In this document: one piece after another, positions 9,601 to 19,052 of the stretch
How the letters are laid out: every line of letters begins with the position of its first letter
Position numbering within the stretch: position 1 is the first letter of the stretch
Source: Stellaceae bacterium
GTDB taxonomy: Bacteria > Pseudomonadota > Alphaproteobacteria > ATCC43930 > CGMCC-115725
Reading direction: 5' to 3'
DNA length: 64,000 nucleotides
NCBI GenBank assembly: GCA_035509615.1
Contig: DATJLK010000098.1
Span: forward strand, 5,314 to 69,313
Position numbers and translations under genes: made by a program
The notes under the pieces: generated by a model
Seen by the model: only the letters and a program-made list of their open reading frames with translations
Told to the model about the DNA's origin: nothing
The model's database searches: none

Positions 9601-12600
9601 CCGAAAGCGTTTGTCGACGAACAGGAATTCATCGCACCGCGCACGGAAACCGAGCGCGCGCTGGCGGCGATCTGGTCGCGGCTGATGGGCGTCAGCCGCG
9701 TGGGCATTCACGATAACTTCTTCGCGGTCGGCGGACATTCGCTGATGGCCATCCGATTGGTCGCGCGCATCCGCGATCGCTTCGCTGCTGAACTGCCGGT
9801 TCGTCAAGTGTTCGAATTACCCACGATTGCTGGGCTGGCGGAGTATCTGGATGGCCAGGCTGACACCCGAGAGCCCCGTCTGCCGCCGATTTTCCGTCGG
9901 CCGCGAGAACGGGAGCCGCTGCTTTCGCTTGCGCAGCAGCGTCTCTGGTTTCTCTATCAACTGGACCCGCACAGCGCCGCCTACAATGTTTCGGTTGCGC
10001 TGCGACTGACCGGACGGCTGCGCATAGATCTGCTCGTGCGGTGTTTTCAGGAAATTGTTGGTCGGCATGAATCGCTGCGGACCAACTTTCTCCAACGCGA
10101 CGGCGGGGCCGTGCAGGTGGTGCATGAGCAGTGTCGCGTAGAGTTGGAATCGCGGGATCTGAGTGCGCTGCCAACGGACGAACGCGATTCTACCTGGCAG
10201 CAACTGGCGCAGGCCGAGGCCCTGCGACCGTTCGAGCTGGAAAGCGACTCCCTGCTTCGACTGTTCTTGATAGGGCTGGCGGAAAACGATCAGGTGCTGG
10301 TGGTGACGATGCATCACATCATCTCCGATGGCTGGTCACTTGGCGTTTTATTCGACGAATTCTCTCAGCTCTATCGCGCCTTCGCGGCCGGAGAGCCATC
10401 ACCGCTTGACGAGTTGCGGGTTCAATATGCTGATTTTGCTGCGTGGCAACGGTCTTGGTTGAACAGCGATATCCTGCAGCGGCAGTTGGCTTACTGGCGG
10501 GCGCAGCTCGACAGCGCCCCGACGCTGCTGGAATTGCCAACTGACCGGCCGCGGCCTGCCGTACAGACATATCCGGGACGGACCCATCTCTTCGAAATTG
10601 ACGCCGAGTTGACGGCAGGTCTGCGCCAGTTCAGTCGCGAGAGCGATAGCAGTCAGTTCATGACACTGCTCGCCGCGTACGCAGCCATCCTGTCCCGCTA
10701 TAGCGGCCAGGACGACATCGTCGTCGGTTCTCCGGTTGCTAATCGCAAACACAGCGACACGGAAGCTTTGATCGGCTTTTTCGCCAACACGCTGGCGCTA
10801 CGGGTCGATCTGTCGGGAGACCCGACGTTTCGCGAGCTTCTCGCGCGGGTCCGCGAGATGACATTGGACGCTTTTGCCCATGACGACCTGCCACTGGAAC
10901 AGCTTGTCGAGGAGTTGTCGCCGCAGCGGAATCTGGGGCAGTCGCCGATCTTTCAGACGCTCTTCGTCTTGCAGAACGCTCCGCTGCCGGACCTTGAGTT
11001 ACCGGACCTCGAACTGACAATCATCGACCAGCCGTTGCGGATCGCCAAGTTCGACCTGACGCTCACGTTGGAAGAAACGGACGGAAGACTGCGGGGGGAA
11101 TTCGAATACAATACGGATTTGTTCGAAGCCGATACAATCTCTCGCCTGGCGACGCACTTCGAGCGGTTTCTGCGTGATGCCGTTGCGCGTCCGGACCAAT
11201 ACGTCTCGCGACTGCAAATTCTATCCGTTGCGGAATGCGAGCGATTGTTAATCCATTGGAACCACGGTGAGATCGTCGATGACAGCGTACCGTGCGTCCC
11301 GCAATGGTTCGAGCGGCAAGCCGCCCTCACGCCCGACGCCACGGCACTGGTCTTCGACCACCAGAGCTGGACCTATCACGAGCTGAATGCAGGCGCGAAT
11401 CAACTCGCCCGCTTTCTCCGCCGCCGGCGCATAGACACAGATATTCCGGTCGGTCTTTGCCTGGAACGAAGCTACGAAATGGTCGTCGCACAACTGGGCG
11501 TGCTCAAGGCCGGCGGTGCTTATGTGCCGCTTGATCTAAGCTACCCGGAGGAGCGATTGGCTTTTATGATCCGTGACACGGGCATGTCGCTGCTGCTCAC
11601 GGAAGCAAAGTGGCTCGCTCGTCATCCGCAGGCTTCAGTGGAATCCGTCTGTTTGGATTCGGATCGGACGCCGATCGCCGGCGAAAGCGAGGCCAATCTC
11701 CCCACCTCGCCTGCGCCCGATGATCTGGCATACATCATCTACACTTCCGGATCCACCGGCGAGCCCAAGGGCGTCATGGTCCCTCACAGAGCGCTGGCCA
11801 ACCACATGCAATGGATGCAGCGGACGTTTGCCATCACCTCGGGGGACCGTGTGCTGCAAAAGACGCCGTTCAGCTTCGACGCGTCGGTGTGGGAATTTTA
11901 TCTGCCATTATTGACTGGAGGCGTCCTGGTTCTCGCAAAACCGGACGGGCATTTGGACAGCGAGTACCTTGTTGAAGCGATCCGCGAGCACCGGGTGACG
12001 GTGTTTCAGGGCGTGCCATCGTTGCTGCGGATGCTGGTCGAAACTGCCGGCTACCAGGATCTCGATTCACTGCGCTACGTGTTCAGTGGCGGCGAGCCGC
12101 TAACCGCCGACCTGCGCAACAAGCTGTTTGGGGCTTCGCGCACCGCGGTGTGCAATCTTTACGGTCCGACCGAGGCCTGCATCGACGCGACGTTCCAGGT
12201 GTGCTCGCGCGACGAAACAGTGCAGGCGGGTGCGCTCGCGGTTCCGATTGGGCGGCCGATCCAAAATGCGACCGCGTATGTTCTCGACGAACATCAGCAG
12301 CCGGTCCCCGCGGGCGTGGCCGGAGAACTTTTCCTAGGGGGCGCACCACTCGCCCGCGGCTATTGGAACCGGCCAGAACTGACCGCAGAGAAGTTTGTCG
12401 ACAACCCCGTCGGTGACGGGCGGCTGTTCAAGACAGGCGATCGAGTGCGCTGGTCCAGGGACGGCCACCTCGAGTTCCTGGGCCGCACCGACGATCAGAT
12501 CAAGCTGCGCGGCTTCCGCATCGAGCTCGGCGAAATCGAAGCGGCCTTGCGTACGCACGAGACGGTCCACGACGCCGCGGCGGTCGTCAGCACCGGCCGG

Positions 12601-15600
12601 CCCGAAGATCCGCGTCTGATCGCGTTTGTGCAGCCGGCCGGGGCGCAGAACGTGTCGATCTCCGAACTGCGTTCGCGCCTGAAGGATCAAATGCCCGAAT
12701 ACATGATCCCAAGCGCGTGGGCGGTGCTTGAGCGATTACCACGGCTGCCGAACGGCAAGATCAACAAAGCGGCGCTGCCTATCGAGGAAGCGGTCAGTCC
12801 TGCGGCGCAATCCAAGTTCGCGCCGGCGACCGGCACCGAGGATTTGCTGATATCGATTTGGACGAAGCTTCTCAACCTCCCGCACATCGGGCCGCGCGAT
12901 AATTTCTTTGACCTCGGTGGCCACTCGCTATTGGCGACACAACTAATATCTCGCTTGCGCCATACATTCTCGGTGGACCTTCCCCTCCGCTCGGTTTTCG
13001 AAGGCCCGACGGTCGTTCAACTCGCGCGGGCCGTTGACGACGCTGTGCGGCGCCGGAAGAACTTCGCCCCGTTGCCGCAGATCGCACCGACGCCGCGCGC
13101 GGCTAACCTGCCTTTGTCCTTCGCTCAGCAGCGATTGTGGTTTTTGCAGCAGATAGACGCGGGGAACCCGTTTTATAACATGCCGATGGCCTTAGAGGTC
13201 CGCGGCCCGCTCGACGTCGCGGTGCTGAAACGATCCATCAATAAGGTCGTACAGCGGCACGAGGCACTTCGCACTTCGTTCGCGACCATCGCCGGAGAAC
13301 CGGTTCAAATCGTTCGTTCAAATTTTGAGGTGCCATTCGCGATCGTTGATCTGGGAGATCTGTCTGCCGAGCGGCAGATGGCCGAAATCCGCCGCCATGC
13401 CGAAGCCGAAGCGCTCCAGGTGTTTGATCTGTCAAAGGATCTTCTTTTACGAACTGTTGTGCTGCGGCTCGATGATGATCACCGCGTCCTGTTGCTGACG
13501 ATGCACCACATCGTGTCTGATGGCTGGTCGATCGGGATCCTGGTCGACGAATTGGCGCGCCTTTACGCCGCGTTTGCCAACAACGAGGTGTCGCCACTCG
13601 CCGAGTTGCCGATTCAATACGCGGACTTTGCGGTGTGGCAACGCAAGCATTTGGCTAGTCACGTGCAGGACGTGCAGATGAGCTATTGGCAGCGGCAGCT
13701 TGCCGATGCCCCGTTCTTGCTGGAGCTGCCTGCGGACCACCGCAGACCGGCGGTGCATACTTTTCGCGGCGGACAGGTACCCCTGCGTTTCGATCCCGAT
13801 CTCTCCGAGCAGTTGCGGGTGTTTAGTCGCAACAACGGTGTCACACTCTTTATGACGCTGCTTGCGGGCTTCACAGCGCTGCTGGCGCGCTATACTCAGC
13901 AAGACGACATTCTAGTCGGAACGCCGATTGCCAACCGCAGCCGTGCGGAAATCGAACCGCTGATCGGTTTCTTTGTGAACATGCTGGTGCTGCGCACCGA
14001 CTTCTCGGACGATCCGGATTTCCGCGAACTGCTGCGCAGGACGCTGCGCACGACCCTCGATGCCTACGCACATCAAGACCTGCCGTTCGAACAGCTCGTG
14101 GAGGTGCTGCACACCGAGCGCGACATCAGTCGCAATCCAATCGTTCAAGTCTCGTTCGCGCTGCAGAACGCCCCGATGCCGCCGCTCGAGGTGGAAGGGC
14201 TGCGGCTGCAATCTCTCGAACTCGAGGCGCAGACGGTCCGCTTCGACATCGAGGTGCATCTGTGGGATGCGGCCGACGGGATCGAAGGATATCTGCTCTA
14301 CTACCGCGACATCTTCGAGACGGACACGGTCGCGCGGTTTGGGCGACATTTCGAAAACCTGCTCCGCGCCGCGCTCGTCAACCCGGACGCTCCGGTTTCA
14401 GCACTCCCGCTGCTCGATGCCGACGAACGGCAAGCACGGATCGCAGCGTGGGGTGTGAAACCTGAAGAAGCCGCACCTGCCCGCTGCCTGCATCGCTGGT
14501 TTGAAGATCAGGCGGAACGAACGCCCGACGCCGTTGCTGTCGTTGTTCCGGCTGTACAAGACGGCAGCCAAACCGACACGCGCCAAACGCTGACTTACAG
14601 AGAATTGAATGCGCTTGCGAACCAACTTGCCCACTGTCTGCGCGAGCGCGGGGCCGGACCGGAGGTGCTCGTTGGCCTCTGCATCGGCCGCTCGGTCAAT
14701 CTGATCATAGGCTTGCTCGGTATCTTGAAAGCTGGCTCCGCTTATGTCCCGCTTGATCCCGATTATCCGCGAGATCGGCTGGCATTCATGCTGGAAGACT
14801 CGCGAGCGCCGATCCTGGTCACCGAGAGCCGCTATCGCGATGCGCTCCCGGAAACTTCATGCCATGTTGTACAGATGGACGTGGACGCGGCAACGATCAC
14901 GGCCTATCCACGGCGCAACCCGGCCAGCAAAGCGGCGCCCGAAAACGTCGCTTATGTGATCTACACCTCCGGATCAACGGGCGAGCCGAAGGGTGTGATG
15001 GTTACGCACGCCAACGTTTCGCGCCTGTTTACGACAACTGAACCCTGGTTCACGTTTGACGCCAGCGATGTCTGGACGTTGTTCCATTCCTGCGCCTTCG
15101 ACTTCTCTGTCTGGGAACTTTGGGGAGCGCTGCTGTATGGCGGACAACTGGTAGTCGTGCCTTATTGGGTTAGCCGGTCGCCGGATGCGTTCCGCCAATT
15201 GCTGACTGCAGAAGGTGTTACCGTGCTGAATCAGACGCCATCTGCGTTTCGGCAACTGGTAGCAGCCGACGCGCTCGCGCGTCATCAACCGCTCTTGCTG
15301 CGACACATCATCCTCGGCGGCGAAGCGCTCGACCTTCAGAGCCTGCGACCCTGGTTCGATCGTCATGGCGATGCACGGCCGCAATTGACCAATATGTTCG
15401 GCATCACGGAAACCACAGTCCACGTGACCTACCGTCGGTTGGTGCGGGCGGATCTTGAATATAGCGGCAGTTTGATTGGCCGCCCGCTTCCGGACCTGCA
15501 GTTGTGGCTGCTCGACAAGCATCTGGAGCCGCTGCCTGTCGGGGTGGCCGGAGAGATCTTCGTCGGCGGTGCCGGTGTAGCGCGAGGGTATCTGGATCGC

Positions 15601-18600
15601 CCGGAATTGGATGCGGTACGTTTCATCGCCAACCCGTTTGATAGCGCCGACACTGGGCGGCTCTATCGGACAGGGGATTTGGCCCGTATATTGCCCGACG
15701 GTGACCTCGAATACCTGGGGCGGATCGACGATCAGGTGAAGATTCGCGGCTTCCGCATCGAACTGGGCGAAGTCGAGGCCGTTATCCGCAAGCATCCAGC
15801 GATAGACAACGCCGTCCTCGCTGTCCAGGAAGACGAGCCGGGAGACAAGCGGCTCGTGGCCTATCTGAAGGCGGACCCGTCCTATGCGCCTGAGATCTCG
15901 GGCGGCCATGATTATCTCGTCGAGTACGCCGCCCAATGGCAAAACGTCTTTGACGAGAGCTACGGCGGCGCCGAGGGCGAACTCGGTTTCAACATTACCG
16001 GCTGGAACAGCAGCTACACTGGCCAGCCGATTGCGGCTGAAGAGATGCGGGAATGGGTCACTTCGACTTGTGAGCGGATACTGACCCTCCACCCTAGCGA
16101 AGTGTTGGAAATCGGCTGTGGCACGGGGTTGTTGTTGTCGCGTCTCGCGCGGCATTGTGCTCGCTATTGCGGGGTGGATTTTTCGGCCGTCGCAGTCGAG
16201 CAGGTCAACCGGCTGAAGGCAAAAATGCCGGCGCTTGATCACGTGACGGTTCAGCAGCGCCCGGCACACGATTTCAGCGGAATCGAGACAGAATCGTTTG
16301 ATTTGGTCATTCTCAATTCGGTCGCCCAATACTTTCCGAATCTGGATTATCTCTTGCAGGTCTTGGACGGCGCCGTCCGGCTCGTTCGCCGCGGCGGCCA
16401 TGTGTTTCTCGGCGATTTGAGAAGTTTTCCGCTTCTGCAAGCGTATCATACCTCTGTTCAATTGTTTCAGGCCCCAGACGCTCTGCCGGCGGCGCAATTA
16501 CGGCAGCGGATCGCCCTGCGCATGGCCCAGGAGGATGAGCTGCTGCTCGATCCCTCGTTGTTCTTCGCGCTACAGCAACAGTTTCCGAAGATCGGTGGGA
16601 TTCGCGTGCTGGTCAAGCGTGGCCAGTACAAAAACGAAATGCTGTTGTTCCGGTATGACGTGGTGCTTTCGGTGGGCGCCGAAACGGGAGGTGTTAACGT
16701 CGACTGGATCAACTGGGAGGACGCTCGGCCATCTCTCGCCGACATGCAGAAAACTCTTCAGGGCAAACGGCCCGAGGTGCTGGCAATTTCGGCCGTCCCC
16801 AACGCCCGGGTGCAGACCGAACTGCGGATAGGGGCTTGGCTCGAAACCGCCGCTGACGATGAACCGGTCAAGAGTCTGCGCGGACAATTACAAGAGACGT
16901 CCGGCGCTCCCGATCCAGGGGCCCTCGATCCCGAAGCACTCTTCGAATTGGGCGACGCGCTCGGCTATAGTGTCGAAATCAGTTGGGCCGCGGCCAGTCC
17001 AGAGGGCCGTTTTGACGTCGTTTTCTATAACGGGTCGCGGCCAGACTGCAACCGGTCGGCCGGGCCGCTCGCGCTTCAGCCGCTATACGCCTACGCGACC
17101 AACCCGCTTCGCCGCAAGTTGGCATTGGAGTTGATTCCCAATCTTCGTCGCGCTTTGCAGCAACAACTTCCAGCCTACATGGTGCCCTCGGCATTTGTGA
17201 TGATCGACGAATTTCCGCTGACGGCGAACGGCAAGCTCGATCGCCGTGCTCTGCCGGCTCTGGACGCAACAACCCGCAGCATTGAAAAAAACTTCGTCGC
17301 CCCGCGGACAGACGCGGAACGCATCCTGGTGGAAATTTGGGCTGAGGTTCTTGGTCTCGACCAGGTCGGCGTTACGGAAAACTTCTTCGAATTAGGTGGT
17401 GATTCGATTCTCAGCATCCAGATTGTTTCACGCGCCGTTCAGGCGGGCCTGTCGTTGTCACCACGGCTATTGTTCCTGCATCAAACAATTGAAGAGCTGG
17501 CTGCCGTAATGGCCGATGAGTCACGGGCCCAAGGAGAAACGGATATCGCCTTTGGCGAAGCACCGTTGACGCCGATTCAACATTGGTTCTTTGAGGCTGA
17601 GCAGCCAGAGCCGCACTATTTCAACCAGGCTTTCCTGCTGGAAACGTCTCCGCACCTTGACAGCGAACGGTTGCGACAAGCGCTGCTTCATTTGCCGTCG
17701 CATCATTCCGGCCTGCGTCTGCGCTTCTTTCGTGATGGTGGCGTTTGGCGACAGATCTATGCGGAGGATGATAGTGCCGTAGAATTCACGATCGTCGACT
17801 GGTCGTCGCAGTCGCCGGATGAGCGACGTGCGACGCTGGAAAACATCGCGGCACATTTACACTCCAGTTTGCATCTTGGCGACGGACCACTGATGCGGGC
17901 TGCGCATTTTCAGGGAGCCGCGGGCGAGCCGGGGCGTTTACTGTGGATTGCACATCACTTGTTGGTCGATGGCGTCTCGTGGCGAATCCTGCTCGAGGAT
18001 TTGGAGACGGCCTGCCAACAATTGGAAGAGGGCAAGCCGATCACACTGCTCCCGGCGACAGCCTCATTCAAGAGTTGGGCGCAGCATCTGCAAGACTATG
18101 CCCGGTCTACCAAGCTGCGAGCGGAATTCGAATATTGGCAAAACGTGGCCGCCTCGCCGGTCCGATCGCTGCCATCCGATGGCGTTCCATCGGATGGCGC
18201 TGCGGCGAACGAAGCGTCTGCGCGTGACCACGTCACCCGTAATACCGTGTCGCAGTCGTCGTTTCAACTCTCCACGGAATTGACAGACTCGTTGCTGCAC
18301 GCCGTTCCGCCGGTCTATCGCACGAGAATCGACGAGATACTACTGACGGCACTAGTACAAACCTTTGCCGACTGGGGCGGCGAGCGTGCGTTGTTGTTGG
18401 ACCTGGAAGGTCACGGTCGCGAAGAATTGTTCCCTGACCTGGACGTCGCACGAACCATCGGTTGGTTCACCACTATTTTCCCGGTCCGCCTCAGCTTGCC
18501 AGACGACGAGTCACCCGGGGAAGCGATCAAGTCCATTAAAGAACAACTGAGGCGGGTTCCAAAACATGGAATCGGCTATGGCCTGCTGAGGTACCTGGCC

Positions 18601-19011
18601 GACGATTTGTCGATACGCGCTTCATTGAGTAACCAGCCGCAGCCCGAGGTCGTCTTCAATTACCTCGGACAGCTCGATGTCACGATCAGGAAATCACGCT
18701 ATTTCCGTCCCGCGGCCGAGCCAAGCGGGCCGCCGGTCAGCCCGCGGTACCGGCGACGACATCCACTCGCAATCGACGCTTCCATTATTTCGGGCAGGCT
18801 GCTCATTGAGTGGACCTTTATCGCCCGGCGTTTCGAGAGCAAAACGATCGGGCGATTGGGGAAAACATATTTGGACCGGTTAGCAGCTTTGATCGAACAT
18901 TGCCGCAATCCAGGCATCGGCGGTTTCACCCCCTCGGATTTCGCTGCGGCCCGGGTCGGCAAAGCAAATCTGGATCGATTACTGTCCAAACTACAGCAAC
19001 AGTCGCACTGA
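6628..19011 (+). CDS. NRPS, three modules: C-A(Val-like)-T-C-A(Gln)-T-C-A(Thr)+MT-T-E
   Basis: 4127-aa ORF. C domains start near 6745, 9915 and 13110 (LSFAQSRLWFL-type N-termini; HHIISDGWS, HHIVSDGWS). T domains have GGHSL near 9730 and 12915, and GGDSI at 17395-17409. The terminal epimerase carries HHLLVDGVSW (HH at 17953-17958). The start overlaps the upstream stop. Confidence 0.95.
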   Translation: MSDNAPQQEELFELLLQLEGIDLKPASTIARRSDRNEAPLSFAQSRLWFLDQLDGPTPNYNMPGALRLDGELDVDALRVSLGEIRNRHDILRTRFVRRGDEPVQVIDPPDNFALPVVDLTDLNARDQATSFQHLARQNAVQPFDLALGPLLRLQLVRLEPRRHVLLFATHHIISDGWSIGVLIGELTVLYKARRDRVIPELPELAIQYADYAQWQHAHLTRESLEPSLAYWRERLAGAPEILGLPTDRRRPPVQTYDGGTHRFQIGPELTARLRQLSRQCDCTLFMVLQAGFAALLSRYNGSDDIVFGMPVANRTVAGIEPLIGFFANTLVLRTDLSGDPTVAELIARVRSALLGDLEHQELPFEFLVDELQPRRNLSFTPLIQAMLTLQNTPQLDLELPGLTVSIEECATNIAKFDITLALHETNLGLAGEIEYNTDLFDAETIRRMAGHFRNLLRAMAREPAARVSEVDFLSADEVELLLHTWIDTATDFPRDKCIQQLFEQQAAETPDVTALVFCDRQLTYAELNARANQVARHLRTLGVGPEVAVPIICERSIELIVGILGILKAGGAYVPLDPKYPADRLEYMFREVKSPVVLTHRACAGHLPQDAAARLLLDDDWPEFARESREDLEHHTQPDGLAYIIFTSGSTGRPKGVRVVHDGVVRLVKHTNYVSLSADEVILQLTPISFDVSTFEIWGSLLNGGRLVVPPPGIPSSQEIGRLIKDYGITTMWLTAGLFHLLVDENLEGLRPLRQLLAGGDVLSVSHCRRVLRELPELRLINGYGPTECTTFTTCCTLTEATIGSSVSIGRPISNTKVYILDEHRKLVPPGCAGELCAGGYGLARDYLNDPELTAEKFIRDPFDDTPGARLYCIGDLCRYLPDGNIEYLGRIDRQVKIRGFRIEPGEIETVLALHDAVRDCTVTARPDRFGNKRLIAYVVPTDTHHPPDEEDLRAFLSQRLPEFMVPAAFVTLDRLPLNPSGKIDRDVLPAPKAFVDEQEFIAPRTETERALAAIWSRLMGVSRVGIHDNFFAVGGHSLMAIRLVARIRDRFAAELPVRQVFELPTIAGLAEYLDGQADTREPRLPPIFRRPREREPLLSLAQQRLWFLYQLDPHSAAYNVSVALRLTGRLRIDLLVRCFQEIVGRHESLRTNFLQRDGGAVQVVHEQCRVELESRDLSALPTDERDSTWQQLAQAEALRPFELESDSLLRLFLIGLAENDQVLVVTMHHIISDGWSLGVLFDEFSQLYRAFAAGEPSPLDELRVQYADFAAWQRSWLNSDILQRQLAYWRAQLDSAPTLLELPTDRPRPAVQTYPGRTHLFEIDAELTAGLRQFSRESDSSQFMTLLAAYAAILSRYSGQDDIVVGSPVANRKHSDTEALIGFFANTLALRVDLSGDPTFRELLARVREMTLDAFAHDDLPLEQLVEELSPQRNLGQSPIFQTLFVLQNAPLPDLELPDLELTIIDQPLRIAKFDLTLTLEETDGRLRGEFEYNTDLFEADTISRLATHFERFLRDAVARPDQYVSRLQILSVAECERLLIHWNHGEIVDDSVPCVPQWFERQAALTPDATALVFDHQSWTYHELNAGANQLARFLRRRRIDTDIPVGLCLERSYEMVVAQLGVLKAGGAYVPLDLSYPEERLAFMIRDTGMSLLLTEAKWLARHPQASVESVCLDSDRTPIAGESEANLPTSPAPDDLAYIIYTSGSTGEPKGVMVPHRALANHMQWMQRTFAITSGDRVLQKTPFSFDASVWEFYLPLLTGGVLVLAKPDGHLDSEYLVEAIREHRVTVFQGVPSLLRMLVETAGYQDLDSLRYVFSGGEPLTADLRNKLFGASRTAVCNLYGPTEACIDATFQVCSRDETVQAGALAVPIGRPIQNATAYVLDEHQQPVPAGVAGELFLGGAPLARGYWNRPELTAEKFVDNPVGDGRLFKTGDRVRWSRDGHLEFLGRTDDQIKLRGFRIELGEIEAALRTHETVHDAAAVVSTGRPEDPRLIAFVQPAGAQNVSISELRSRLKDQMPEYMIPSAWAVLERLPRLPNGKINKAALPIEEAVSPAAQSKFAPATGTEDLLISIWTKLLNLPHIGPRDNFFDLGGHSLLATQLISRLRHTFSVDLPLRSVFEGPTVVQLARAVDDAVRRRKNFAPLPQIAPTPRAANLPLSFAQQRLWFLQQIDAGNPFYNMPMALEVRGPLDVAVLKRSINKVVQRHEALRTSFATIAGEPVQIVRSNFEVPFAIVDLGDLSAERQMAEIRRHAEAEALQVFDLSKDLLLRTVVLRLDDDHRVLLLTMHHIVSDGWSIGILVDELARLYAAFANNEVSPLAELPIQYADFAVWQRKHLASHVQDVQMSYWQRQLADAPFLLELPADHRRPAVHTFRGGQVPLRFDPDLSEQLRVFSRNNGVTLFMTLLAGFTALLARYTQQDDILVGTPIANRSRAEIEPLIGFFVNMLVLRTDFSDDPDFRELLRRTLRTTLDAYAHQDLPFEQLVEVLHTERDISRNPIVQVSFALQNAPMPPLEVEGLRLQSLELEAQTVRFDIEVHLWDAADGIEGYLLYYRDIFETDTVARFGRHFENLLRAALVNPDAPVSALPLLDADERQARIAAWGVKPEEAAPARCLHRWFEDQAERTPDAVAVVVPAVQDGSQTDTRQTLTYRELNALANQLAHCLRERGAGPEVLVGLCIGRSVNLIIGLLGILKAGSAYVPLDPDYPRDRLAFMLEDSRAPILVTESRYRDALPETSCHVVQMDVDAATITAYPRRNPASKAAPENVAYVIYTSGSTGEPKGVMVTHANVSRLFTTTEPWFTFDASDVWTLFHSCAFDFSVWELWGALLYGGQLVVVPYWVSRSPDAFRQLLTAEGVTVLNQTPSAFRQLVAADALARHQPLLLRHIILGGEALDLQSLRPWFDRHGDARPQLTNMFGITETTVHVTYRRLVRADLEYSGSLIGRPLPDLQLWLLDKHLEPLPVGVAGEIFVGGAGVARGYLDRPELDAVRFIANPFDSADTGRLYRTGDLARILPDGDLEYLGRIDDQVKIRGFRIELGEVEAVIRKHPAIDNAVLAVQEDEPGDKRLVAYLKADPSYAPEISGGHDYLVEYAAQWQNVFDESYGGAEGELGFNITGWNSSYTGQPIAAEEMREWVTSTCERILTLHPSEVLEIGCGTGLLLSRLARHCARYCGVDFSAVAVEQVNRLKAKMPALDHVTVQQRPAHDFSGIETESFDLVILNSVAQYFPNLDYLLQVLDGAVRLVRRGGHVFLGDLRSFPLLQAYHTSVQLFQAPDALPAAQLRQRIALRMAQEDELLLDPSLFFALQQQFPKIGGIRVLVKRGQYKNEMLLFRYDVVLSVGAETGGVNVDWINWEDARPSLADMQKTLQGKRPEVLAISAVPNARVQTELRIGAWLETAADDEPVKSLRGQLQETSGAPDPGALDPEALFELGDALGYSVEISWAAASPEGRFDVVFYNGSRPDCNRSAGPLALQPLYAYATNPLRRKLALELIPNLRRALQQQLPAYMVPSAFVMIDEFPLTANGKLDRRALPALDATTRSIEKNFVAPRTDAERILVEIWAEVLGLDQVGVTENFFELGGDSILSIQIVSRAVQAGLSLSPRLLFLHQTIEELAAVMADESRAQGETDIAFGEAPLTPIQHWFFEAEQPEPHYFNQAFLLETSPHLDSERLRQALLHLPSHHSGLRLRFFRDGGVWRQIYAEDDSAVEFTIVDWSSQSPDERRATLENIAAHLHSSLHLGDGPLMRAAHFQGAAGEPGRLLWIAHHLLVDGVSWRILLEDLETACQQLEEGKPITLLPATASFKSWAQHLQDYARSTKLRAEFEYWQNVAASPVRSLPSDGVPSDGAAANEASARDHVTRNTVSQSSFQLSTELTDSLLHAVPPVYRTRIDEILLTALVQTFADWGGERALLLDLEGHGREELFPDLDVARTIGWFTTIFPVRLSLPDDESPGEAIKSIKEQLRRVPKHGIGYGLLRYLADDLSIRASLSNQPQPEVVFNYLGQLDVTIRKSRYFRPAAEPSGPPVSPRYRRRHPLAIDASIISGRLLIEWTFIARRFESKTIGRLGKTYLDRLAALIEHCRNPGIGGFTPSDFAAARVGKANLDRLLSKLQQQSH
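8110..9605 (+). other. A domain, module 2, Val-like (branched aliphatic) code
   Basis: FDVSTFE / TMWLTAG / LLAGGDV / NGYGPTECTTF gives D-V-F-W-L-G-G-T-F, close to the Val code DAFWLGGTFK. Confidence 0.5.
11300..12780 (+). other. A domain, module 3, Gln code
   Basis: FDASVWE / VFQGVPS / VFSGGEP / NLYGPTEACIDAT gives D-A-W-Q-F-G-L-I-D, the Gln code DAWQFGLIDK. Confidence 0.6.
14485..17255 (+). other. A domain, module 4, Thr-like code, interrupted by an embedded methyltransferase
   Basis: FDFSVWE / VLNQTPS / IILGGEA / NMFGITETTVH gives D-F-W-N-I-G-M-V-H. The A8-like GFRIELGEVE comes before the insertion. The A10-like LTANGKLDRRALP (about 17225-17260) comes after it. Confidence 0.6.
15920..17050 (+). 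other. SAM-dependent methyltransferase domain embedded in the module-4 A domain
   Basis: WQNVFDESY..FNITGWNSSYTGQPI..EMREWV..VLEIGCGTGLLL (16102-16128)..LNSVAQYFPNLDYL..GGHVFLGDLR. It is inserted between A8 and A9/A10, as in NRPS N- and O-methyltransferases. Confidence 0.8.
17560..18990 (+). other. Epimerization (E) domain ending gene 2
   Basis: APLTPIQHWFFE, HHLLVDGVSWRILLEDL, FNYLGQLD, GGFTPSDFAAARV. It is preceded by a GGDSI-type T domain, which is typical of carriers that feed E domains. Confidence 0.85.
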
Positions 19012-19037
19012 TAACCTTCCAGCGATAACCTTCCAGC
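19010..19037 (+). repeat. 14-bp tandem duplication (gataaccttccagc x2) at the stop codon of gene 2
   Basis: Read directly: 19010-19023 and 19024-19037 are identical. The repeat fills most of the 41-nt spacer before the ATG at 19053. Confidence 0.9.
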
Positions 19038-19052
19038 CGGCACACACTCATC

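Noticed and set aside
14974-16497. 507-aa minus-strand ORF inside NRPS gene 2, plus many other long antisense ORFs within the NRPS genes (for example 5513-6181, 22325-22921, 24596-25564, 26501-27133, 30329-30997)
   Set aside because: These are antisense shadow ORFs typical of high-GC coding DNA. They are Arg/Gly/Pro-rich and have no motifs. The plus strand carries unambiguous NRPS domains.
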